A program made the translations under genes and the position numbers. A stretch of 63,788 nucleotides of DNA, counting the filler, from Sphacelaria rigidula (lineage: Eukaryota), in NCBI GenBank assembly GCA_964200075.2. It is 8 parts of 8 records of this genome, joined end to end, with 100 filler letters (N's around TTAATTAATTAA, not from the genome) between each part and the next. Parts side by side here need not be neighbours in the genome. Positions count along the whole stretch, not along the records: positions 23,962 to 31,847 come from CAXNAA020013097.1; positions 31,948 to 39,833 come from CAXNAA020013098.1; 6 more parts are not named here. One strand, given 5' to 3'. Every line of letters starts with the position of its first letter. The stretch's first letter is position 1. Of this stretch, positions 23,962 through 34,424 are shown piece by piece. A model generated the notes under the pieces. That model did no database searches, was not told the origin of the DNA, and saw nothing but the letters and a program-made list of their open reading frames with translations.

Positions 23962-26195
23962 CGCGGTAGTTTTTGCCCCTCAAACGCGAAAGTAAGCACA
24001 TGACGATTAAAAAAAAAAAAAAAAAGGCGAACGCGGTGGTGTCTTTACGCCGGCGCCACCAAATGAAAAACTGTTCAAAACACACCTGCAGAATCCAGCG
24101 TCGTACCTTCTCGGCGAGAGATTGTTGCGAAAACGTGACATGACTGCGAGTCTTGCCACCAGATTAGAGAGTATAACTTTGCTCACGTCATTTCTCAGCG
24201 TCATTATTCAATATCGAACAAAATGTTGCGGTGGTCTAGCACCTTCTAGTCTGACTTTAGTACGAAAAGACCTGGATCCACAGCACGCGCATACTTCACG
24301 ACCAGAGAAATTTCATCAGTCACATATTTCAGCATTATTTTTTCCAGCCGGAGGTGGAAGAAAATTTTGTTTGGTTCACAAGCTTTTCCCGTTGACCATT
24401 TTCACCTTGCCGTTCGGGGGGTGTATTTACACTGACATATCATATTTCAATCGAAAGAGCGCGGTGGGAAGAAAAAAATTCCATCTGATCGGCCGTCATT
24501 TCAAGAGAGATGACGTGGATATAAACCACGAGATATCCGATAGGAGTGTGTTTCTTTTCCGCCGAACCTTTCCGAATAAAACATAACCTGCCAAGACCCG
24601 CCCTGGGCATTTCCCCCACCCGACATTGACCGATAGCAGACATTTCCATGATACGGAACAAATGGGAAAATTACCTACTCTATGAAGGAGCGTTTTCCCC
24701 AAACGGAGATGATACCTTGATCGATAGCGCGTGTTTCACGATCACGTGGAAAATTTGCTCACGTCCTATTCCACATCTTTTCCCGTTTGAAAGGTCTTCC
24801 CTGCACGCATGAAGCAAAATGGCCTACACATCATTGCCTGCCGTGCTTAGATCAGGTGTTGCCAGATGAGGCCAAACACGGACTTTCAGTAAAAAACGGT
24901 CAGGTGCTCAAAATTCCTCCCTGTTTCTTCATTACTTGATCGTTTTTTGTTGAAAATCCGTGTTTGGCCAGAACTCAAAGTGCGGCCAGAGGGAAATGCA
25001 AAGTTGCCCTGGAACGGCCTGAATGAGTGTAGCAAGTCATTCCAAGGCGTCAATATCCACCTGATGTAGCCCTCTTCTCGGGCGTAAAACGACGGAGAAG
25101 GGACAAAAAGGCAGTTTTGAAGAGGAATTTTGAACGCCTCCCATTACAGTCGGTCTTCAGACGAACGGTTTGGTAAAACACTTATTCGACAGCAGCACGG
25201 GTGACCCGCCCCCTAAAGGACACCATTTGCAGTGAACCAATGGTAGCTTTTTCGCAGAATCGAGATTTTCTGGTGCGAAATGGATCATGTCATGTGCAGG
25301 CCTCAATTTTCTCACAACCCGTTCCTTGATTCTCGATACCTTGGCATACCCGGTACGTCAGCGAAGGACCCGTACGTGACGTGCGTACTCATGCATATTC
25401 CGTGGATTCATCATTTTGGGCAACAAGCCGCGCCGGTCGCAGTCCTTCTTTCTGAGTTCCTGTTGAGTGCTGGTCACACGATGGTGCGGTCAGATCCCCT
25501 CGTCAAGCATACAGTGCTTGACAACGGCAACTTGTGCGTGTACTAGACCCGTGGTGGAGGTGCCGCTGCTGTGTCGTCCGGCCAACCGACAGCACTGGAG
25601 TGGGACCCTCGGAGCATGTGAAAACTCTCAGGCCGCTCGATCCCTCAACGATAATACTTGAGGCAGCCACATTTTATGCCCTGCCCCCTATAAATGAGTA
25701 TCAGCAACGGCATACACTCGTGAGCACGGGCGGTGGACTGTGTTGTTGGATTTTTGCGACGTCAAACGTTGAAGATGGACCTTCTTACCGACGGCTTGTC
25801 TCTATACCTGTCAAGATCGAACGGTAGATTTCAAGCGACTGGTCGTCATGCGGGCTTTCACTTGTTCACACAGACACATCTTGCACGCACCCGTCCGCAC
25901 TTCAATTCATGGGTGGGGTCAATTTCTGCCACGACTGAATACTATGGAAACATATCAACTACTGTCGCGAAACGACCCCGTGCTGTACCATCGAAAACAA
26001 CCCGATGCTCTGTATCAGGGCAGGTGATGTGGGCGTGTCCCATCTGCCGTTACCCAGGGCTCATGGTCCGCCCGCGTCTTGAAGGCACACTTCGAGTCCG
26101 ATACCAACATGTTGGTCGATGGGCTCTTGGGATCATCACAGCCGGAACATTTTTTCACTGCAGTCAAGTCAAGTCACGTAAAAAGATATATATAC

Positions 26196-26509
26196 GGTCG
26201 CCCCGGTGGCTCAGTTGGTAACCTCGTACCCTTTTGGTGATAGAGTAGTGGGATTCGATTCCAGGAGTGATCTGATGTATTTTCTCACCGCATGCCCAAC
26301 GGTGGAGAGCGACTATGTCGTGGGTACACAAAATTCAACGGAACGGTCAACGAGGGAAAGGGACTGCTGAACCCCTCTCGCGATAAAAAATAAAAAGGCA
26401 AGCACCGCAGAAGGAAGGTGGGGTATCAAAAGCAAATAAAATAAAATAAACTCCTGCATTGACCTTCCTTCTGTGTGCCCAGAATAAACGGGACGACGAC
26501 ACACACACA
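26196..26509 (+). mobile_element. tRNA-derived SINE with intact head and small internal deletion
   Basis: GGTCGCCCCGGTGGCTCAGTTGG (A box), GGATTCGATTCC (B-box-like), conserved body, CCCAGAATAAACGGGACGACG(AC)n tail. Confidence 0.88.
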
Positions 26510-26517
26510 AATATTTG

Positions 26518-26590
26518 TATATATATATATAAATAAATTTAATTAATTAATTAATTGGATGGATGGATGGATGGATGGATGGATGGATGG
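26518..26590. repeat. Compound microsatellite (TA)n/(TTAA)n/(GGAT)n
   Basis: Direct reading. Confidence 0.9.
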
Positions 26591-27500
26591 TCATTTGATT
26601 TATTTTTTTGAGCAAGGGAAAGACAACAGGGAAAGACAATAAAGTACAGGATATATGTACACAAAAGAATATGGGGACGGGGACACAAAATACTCCATAC
26701 TCCAAAATGTGGAGCTTTATCGACCTGGCCGTAATAGTGAATCATGTGTTGAATCGGCATCACTTTAACTTGAAATATAAGACAATGACGCGGACGCCCA
26801 CCCTCGTCATGACGAGGCGGTGTAATCCTTCGACGACGCATCTGCGTTCATCTTTTGAATCCAAATCATTGAGTTCACCCATGCGTAGCAAATAAATGGG
26901 GGTGCTCCGACCCTAAGCGAGTCACATGTGTCTTACCTTTACATTTTTTGCTCGAATATGTTTGATATCCACTTGACGCGCGAGACATGTACCGCTGGCA
27001 TCATTGCTCTCGATCGACCGACCCTTGAGTCGCAACACCCGGTTCCGTTTCAATTTTACTTTTAAGAAAAGGCTCTTCGAAGATTTACTTGCACTTCATC
27101 ATTTAGTTGTTAACCCCCGACTGCGGAGTATCTTTGGATCTTTACTGCAGAAAATTGAGAATTGTACTGAACAGATAGACAGACAGAATATGAAAGTGAA
27201 GACCCAAAAGGACGCGGTGGCATGCACGCTGTAGATGATTAATATGCTGTATACATAATGGGCTAGTACTGACGTAGAATGGATTGATTGTACCGCCGGA
27301 GAAGACAGCTGTCGTAGTCTAATAACATATATTGCGCGAGGATTTTTCAAGGCAGCTCAGGTCACGATGTTGCCTCATCTCGAAATAACGGGGTCATTCG
27401 AGACGTCAAACCAGCTATCGAAGAAATAACGCCGAACCAGCCCCACCGACACTAATGAACGTCAGTAACCTGTGGCATTCCCTCGCAAGGAGATACATCA

Positions 27501-27597
27501 GCCACAGCGAGATTAGGTCATCTGTTGAATCGGCATCAATCTCACTTGAGCAGATTATACATGCCTGACCCAGAGTGACTACCCTCACGGTTCAGGG
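27501..27597. mobile_element. Diverged copy of the 98-bp piggyBac-type MITE
   Basis: Shares core TCTGTTGAATCGGCATCAAT and ends ...GGG|TTGA. Confidence 0.65.
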
Positions 27598-29845
27598 TTG
27601 AATAAACTGTTTTATTTCGCATGCTCATGCTTCTTGGACAGAGCTGATGCCGCGAGGGTGATCGGTAATCATTACTCATGTTACTTGTTTACATATCAAT
27701 GAGGACAGGATCACGGGGTGAATATGTCTCTGGTTTGACGCTACAGTGCCCTGAAACGTTTTGTATATTGTAGGAGGGGGTGACGACACGTGACGGATGT
27801 GTGTGTTGTCATCCCATCTATTCTGACGGTACTCAAAAAATTTACCACATACACATCCACACCCTTGCTGTCGTCTACACAAAAACGCGGGTGTGGAGGC
27901 ACCTCATCAACTTTTATTGTAAGACCTGTGCATACTTCAACATCACCAGGGACCCGTAATCTCCACCACACACTTTGATCCTATGGAATACCTTACGGGG
28001 ACCGGCCAGACGCTTGATCTCTGTCACGTTCTCCACAACAAGCCGTCGCTTATGAAAAAACCCCATCCTGTGTGTACTATTCCATGTGCTGACCATGGCG
28101 TGCAACTATCGCCACCCCGTCCTTATTCGGTAAATTCATCTGCCGATACTAAATTCGACATACTTTCCATTATGCAAAAAAAACGAGGAGTGTTTGTGTA
28201 GGAAAAAACGAAAAAAAAGTACACAAGAACGAAAGAAACATATGAACGACTGTGAAACCAACATCAGTAGATGAACAGTACTGAACTGTTGTATGATTGA
28301 TCTGTCGTGCAGCAGCGAACAGCTGTGACCGGATATGCTATGTAAGATTTCCCGGTTGATGAAGACAAGGGTGTAGCACTAGGGTAGCAGCGGAAGTATT
28401 AACCTCAAAAATCGCGAGAGAGTCACTGAAAGAAACGAAAAAAAAGGCCAACGCATGCACGATGTTTTTCGTTTGTGTTCGGGCGGTTGTCCAGGAAGAC
28501 CTCGAATTTCTCGCCCAGAAAACTCTCACTATGGGGCGAACAGAAACCATTGTTGTACCACAAGTATGGGATCGTAGACGCAAAATGGATGGGACTGAAG
28601 GAGGGCGGGGGGCAAGGTGTAAGCGAGGGGGAGACATGCCTTCAACCCCGGGGTGGTGACACTGCGGTAATCTGTGACCGCAGTGTACTGCCCCGTGATT
28701 GTAGTACGCTAAACCGATACCGTCATACCGTCTGTGTACTGCCCCCCAGGAGCAATGTGGTCGTATGCAGTCTGTACAATATTGTTATGTGTATTGACTC
28801 CCACGTCCGCCTTCAAAATTGAGTGCACCATTTGTACTCCCGAGAAGAGCATGGTACCAGACTTTGTGTCGGTCAATCTCCGAGCATTTATTGCGTTGGT
28901 GCCTTCATTCATGTTGACATCTCTTCATGCGTATGACTCGTCCTTAACTCTGCCTACCCAACGTCTACGTGCATCAAAAACTCACGGTATTGGCGCTTGG
29001 AAGCTCTATGGCATGCTCCGTTAGACTTCCTTTGAAGCTTCCCCTCCCACAGCCCCGAGCCAGTAGCGCCAAATCGAACACACGGTTGTTTGGACTGATT
29101 TTCCACTCAAGACACGGTCCAGCTACGCACCACAACCGTTTTTTCTTCCCGCTGGCAGCAAAGGCAATGCAAGGCAATGCCTACGCTGTCCGCTTGCGCA
29201 CAAGTACCCTCGTAGAACAACGCGGTGCGTGCGTATATCGAACGCCGTGTGGACCTGCAGTAGTATGCTGTGCTATTTTGCAAGTGTATACGCCACCACG
29301 TTGTGTAATAGGAGATGAGCGTCTCTCAACTTTCCCCTGCCCAATGACAGTCGAAGCAAGAGATGACAGCTCTTGTCTAAACCCTATATAAAAGTTTGTG
29401 AAAAATTATATTCTTTATATCTGAACGTGTTGGTCGTTACTTGAATCTGTTTTCAATTTTGTACTCGTAACAAAGGTTTCGGAAAAAAACAAAAAAACGA
29501 TACTGGTTCAGTGAGAGACTGGAGACAACAGACCCTCGGAGATGGGACTGAGGGGTACGAGTATATGACTGCAGAGTACAAAAAGTACAGACAACACTAG
29601 CCATAGTAGCAGAGGAGCGGTAGACCCTGAACCCTGCGTTCATATTACCGTTTAATGGGAAGGACATCTGAAGTCACTCTGTGTTCATATTTGCTTCACG
29701 GTACCAAATACTACCTGCTGTGTATGTTTATCTTGCCAATACGCAAGTGTGCATGAGTATATACAAGTATAAACACTGAGACGAACCCGTGGGAGAAAAG
29801 GCACAGCATATGTACGAAGAGATCGAACCACGGGAGGACTGTCGT

Positions 29846-30120
29846 GAAGTACTTTGTACAAGGTCAACCTGGAAAAAGACTGTTCTTTCTGGGAAGTGGG
29901 TAGACAGTGCATAATGCGAGATTGCAACGTGTGCGAATGCAGCCCGGGCGAAGAACCCCAAGCCGTTCCTCGAAGAGACATGACGACAAAACTGATGATA
30001 CGGCGTATTCAGTTGCATTCTTACAGTAGTGTATGTATACGTATAACCCCCCAGGTGACGATGGATTCATGGTTGATAAACGAAAATGTTATTATCCAGA
30101 GGTCATATCCAGGATGAGGG
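29846..30120 (+). pseudogene. ERO1: ERO1 (ER oxidoreductin) gene fragment, apparently frameshifted
   Basis: YKVNLEKDCSFWEVGRQCIMRDCNVCECSPGEE matches the ERO1 N-terminal KVNL..C.FW....C...C.VC.C motif; a possible second decayed exon at ~30056-30120. Confidence 0.7.
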
Positions 30121-30253
30121 TAACCAGCATATATATCCCGGCGCTGAAAAAAAGAAAGGTGACAGATGCCAAAATCCCCCGCCACCTAACGACATACTAT
30201 CATCTTTCTCTCGGCGCGTGTATTTTAAATTCCGCTTTGATCAAGTAATTTAA

Positions 30254-30351
30254 CCCTTAGACCGTGAAGTTAGTCTTCTGTTGAATCGGCATCAATTTCA
30301 AGTGAAACAAACTATGCATGATCCAGAAAGACTAATCTCGCGGTCTAAGGG
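30254..30351. mobile_element. 98-bp piggyBac-type MITE
   Basis: TTAA|CCCTTAGACCG...CGGTCTAAGGG|TTAA; 24-bp TIR with 3 mismatches. Confidence 0.9.
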
Positions 30352-31384
30352 TTAAGCCGTGCCTTATCAAGTTGTTTCCGACTCGAAAAGTTACGGTGGA
30401 ATCGAATTTGCTCGTACCTGATACGCCCACGGCCTTCATTTTCTCAACCATCTGAGAAAATTAGTAGCATGGAGAAACCAGAAATGAGCGCTGTGCATTC
30501 GATTCGACCGCACGTATTCGACTCAAAAACAATTTGATAAGACACCTTGAAGACACTCCAAATTATGACCAGCTAAACATGGCCATATCGATAACACTTA
30601 GTTCAGACTGTTCCGGGAGGGCCTCGTAGAAGTGGCTGTAAGGCCGGTTCTTCTTATCGTGCTGATTGAAAAAAGATGTTTCAAAAACGTAAATATTTAG
30701 TGGCGAGTCAGGGTCGATTTTGCCGGAACACGGGGTGCCACCCCCGAAGAAAGGGTTGCTGCACTCTCCGAGAGGAGTCTGGTGGTGCACCTCTCCAATA
30801 TTTCATGCGCGGTTGAGGGGGGGCACTCACTTGTTGCTTGTCGTTTGCGACCATTCATCATGCATCCCTTTCGAGACGAAGCAACGGTCCTACTCCTACT
30901 AGTGGAGACACCTCTGACATTTGGGCGCGCATTACGTTACTTTCGCCAGAAGAAGGAGAGGGAGGAGGGGAGGGGAGGGGGAGATTCCTCAAACAAAACG
31001 AAAAAAGTGCTGTGCCAACGCTCAGGAGAACGGGGATTATTCATCATTTTGGATTGCTTGAGAAACCACACACAGGAGGACTTGTTTTGAATTGAGAAAT
31101 CATTCTCCAGCCAAAACCTAATCCTCTGAAAAAAACGCGCGGCGGCGTTCCCGACCAGAAGAAGCCGGACCGGGCGCATGAAAGATCGAGAAAGTGCACT
31201 AGAATCCTCTCGGAAAGCGCGGCAAGTTTTTCCGACGGTGTACGGTCCGCTACGCCCCTCATTATTATTACTGCAAAAGACGGCCCTACATAGCCCAAAT
31301 ATTATTTCGGGGGGGAACAGGGACCAGCGCGGAGAAAATTTTCGGACACGTAGCCTCCCCCCCTCCTCCCACCCCTCCCGCAGG

Positions 31385-31640
31385 ACATTTTTTCGAAAAT
31401 TGTCATGATTTTTTCGATTTTTTCTTTTGTCAAGTTAGTCGCAAGAAATTGATCAATGATATCTGTTTCTGCTCCTTACCCGTTCTGTCCCGATGACCTC
31501 AGAATCTGAGATGCCGGAGGGCATTTTTTCGACAATCAAAATTATCCTGATTTTTCGGAAATTTTCTGTCAACTTTGATGCAAGAAATTTATCAATGAAC
31601 ATTGACAAAATCCGAAAAGTTTGGTGGGCCTTGCAGGGTG
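31385..31640 (+). repeat. Dispersed AT-rich repeat with internal sub-repeats, also at 39535-39745
   Basis: TTTTTCGAAAATT(G/A)TCATGATTTTTTC... and ...GGTGGGC(C/T)TTGC shared between contigs 4 and 5. Confidence 0.65.
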
Positions 31641-31730
31641 TATGTTTGCTTCTGCTCCTATACATATTTATATATTAATATAATATAAAATATAAGGATC
31701 ATACATATATATATATAAATAGCATAACTA

Positions 31731-31847
31731 TGTGTGTTGTGTGTGTTGTCGTCCCCTTTATTCTGGGCACCGGGTGTATGTGGGTGCATCAGCCGGGGTC
31801 ACACAGGAGGAAGGTCAACACAGGAGTTTTTTTTTTATTTGTTTTTA
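31731..31847 (-). mobile_element. SINE 3' part, cut by contig end
   Basis: Reverse complement of the SINE tail and body. Confidence 0.85.
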
Positions 31848-31947
31848 NNNNNNNNNNNNNNNNNNNNNNNNNNNNNNNNNNNNNNNNNNNNTTAATTAAT
31901 TAANNNNNNNNNNNNNNNNNNNNNNNNNNNNNNNNNNNNNNNNNNNN
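31848..31947. other. Artificial contig spacer
   Basis: 44 N + TTAATTAATTAA + 44 N. Confidence 0.99.
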
Positions 31948-32017
31948 GTGGGGAAAGCACTGTTTTGGGCTTGAGCCTCATCTCGAAGTTAAACCTCAAT
32001 TCGCACAATTTGTTGTT
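31948..32017 (+). mobile_element. Terminus of foldback family A at contig start
   Basis: ...CCTCAATTCGCACAATTTGTTGTT. Confidence 0.85.
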
Positions 32018-33930
32018 TATTCGTATTTCCCCTGCACGTCATGATCCAATCTCCATATCTATTTCCTTCGTATCCAGGCAGATCCTGGAGCGTAAGTATA
32101 ATCGATTAGGTGGTTCATCTCGATCGAACTCAACGAATACTCGTAGAGCCTCGAGTCATGGATGCAACTATACGCTCTACAACGGTACCAGTCACGCTTC
32201 TCATCAAGCACGTGTCGATTTCGTAGCATGTCTCAAAAGGAAGCGTGTGGATTTTGGACATACGCGCCCATTTCAGAAACGAAGCTATTGATTACCACTG
32301 TCTCAAAAGCAAACGTCATCACATGAGCGACCAACGTCGATTGATTTCATCAATCAACAAAATAAAACCAGATACAGCCGCCCCATGTGACATGGGATCA
32401 CGTGAAAAGGCAGTACGCGAAAAGCAGATGCACCCATACACAGGGGAAAAGGGAGTAGTACGAGAGAAATTTGAGAGAGAAAGAGAGAGAGAGAGGGAGA
32501 GAGACACGACAGGGGATGAACCCAAGGACACAGTAGAGCAAGTACAAGAGCATAACCAGGGATTACCACAAGACCACAGGCCAAGGAAAAAGCCAACTGC
32601 CGATAAGAGAAGACATAAATAATATTTTGTGTTTACCCAACTTTCCTCAGCCATAGTGATACAAAATACCAACGAATGTAACTTTCACGATATCGGTGAG
32701 AAGAATCGACAATGGGAGGATTCAACATCGGCAGGGGAATTCTGGTGCGATGTTTGCCAATATAAATGGCGTAACCTACATCGGCGTGAGCTCACTCGCG
32801 GCGAAGTGCCCGACTCGGTCATGTGCACGTTGTTGTCAGAGCGAACATGACTTGTACACCACATCTTGAAGTCACCACACAGAAAATGTGAAAGAGTGTT
32901 CCTTCCACATCCATGTACAAGAGTTGTCCAATATCGATCTCCACGATCATACTGACGAATGTGCACACGGAACGTCAACAAAATCGAAAACAATGGGAAA
33001 GCCCAAGTAAACTTCGAGGAGTTGAAAACGGCATCATTATTCCATGCATGGGGAATTTCGAGTGTACCTTTCCCAGTTGAGACTTCAACTAGCACGAGCA
33101 GAATGTACGGTAGGAGGCAAACATTCTGGTCGGCACATGAGCATGGAGTTCGTCGCCGCCCATAGTACACCAGTGCTCAAACCTGGATTAATTGGCAGTT
33201 TGCCTGGTGCAGCTTCACGCGTAACATCAGCTGCGGCGTTTTTGATCATACGGTTTCATGTGTGCCACCGGTTGCTGAAGCCGTCTCAAAACTGCCTCAT
33301 TACAGCAAACTCGATACAGCTCGTTTCAATCCACATCGATGCAAAAACACTGGCAAAACTCCTACGAACACGCATCAAACCAGAGGCAAACAAATAGCGA
33401 GGGGATCCAACAAACGCGAGTCGGTTGGACACAAGATTTTCTCTCAACGCGTCGAGAGACTTTCTAGAGATCGGTCAGTTAGTGCTATAGCAGTGCTTCT
33501 GGACGACTCCCCAAACTGGGCGAGGAACTGACATTTCTTACTCATCATGTCACAAAACAGTCACAGTAGGAACACAAAGAGTGCGCACGCTGCGGCCAAG
33601 CGGTTACAGGCGGCCACGACGTATCCCTGTACTTCTCTGGGCGATGAGACACTCAAGTATGTGGTGGTGTTGTGCTCTGGTATATTCAGAGCAATCGGCT
33701 GCAGCAGCGTGGGATAACGTCTATCCAAGACTGCATGGAGCTTACAAAGCGTCTCGTGTGAACGCTAGGCCTCTGACTCACTAAAGAAGTATCGTGACAC
33801 CTACGACGCACCGCTGGATTACCTTGGCGATTTTTCCTACATCATGCCGTCAACAAGGTGCATATCGGAGTCTGAGATTCCAACATTATAACGACTGCAC
33901 CAGGGCCGCTATACTCTAGAGAGCACTTAC

Positions 33931-34079
33931 CAGTGGACGAAACATGACAGAAACGCTTCGAAGGCCCCACGTGTCACCATCAGCGAAGAGAGAGCCAAGA
34001 GAGGGGCCGGACGAGAACGCCGTCTTGCCAACGAGCCCCATAGCCCCCGTACGCCGTTTCTTTTTTTGGTGCTGATTTG
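33931..34079 (-). CDS. Possible exon following the LRR N-cap exon (no recognisable domain)
   Basis: ccgcag|CA acceptor, CTG|gtaagt donor; open and phase-compatible with the 34245-34424 exon. Confidence 0.35.
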
Positions 34080-34244
34080 CTGCGGCCAGAGAAATTATCG
34101 CTATCACTCAAAGTTATTTGATTCAAGGCTAATGATATTGAAAAGACGTCTCCACCATGTAATTCCTTGGCAACCACGGTCTTGCGTGCTTATACGATAA
34201 CTTCGACTGAATATGCTACCGGGAGGGAATTATAAACCACCTAC

Positions 34245-34424
34245 CTCGGAGATTGTTCATGCCGAGGACCAACCCCACTACTCTGCCTCTTAAATTGGTC
34301 GCGACACCGGCCCAGTTCCGGAGGTCCGGATCATTGTCCTTCCACCCACGATTGTCTCTCCAATTTGGGCCGCCGGTCTCGTTGTAGAGGTCAAGCAGCG
34401 CTTCGCGATCCGTCTTGGGGGAAC
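34245..34424 (-). CDS. LRR N-terminal cap exon (brown-algal LRR / ROCO-type)
   Basis: cacag|GT acceptor, G|gtaggt donor, 180 nt phase 1-1; TDREALLDLYNETGGPNWRDNRGW...WAGVATNLRGRVVGLVLGMNNLR. Confidence 0.85.

Noticed and set aside
26196..26275. tRNA gene (also 60989-61060)
   Set aside because: No complete cloverleaf; continues directly into the SINE body, so it is a SINE head.
26538..26556. TTAATTAATTAA outside an N-run
   Set aside because: Part of a natural compound microsatellite next to a SINE tail; no Ns.
28496..28618. Exon-like AG...GT segment (also 30563-30661 on the minus strand)
   Set aside because: Splice-like ends but frame ambiguous and no recognisable product.
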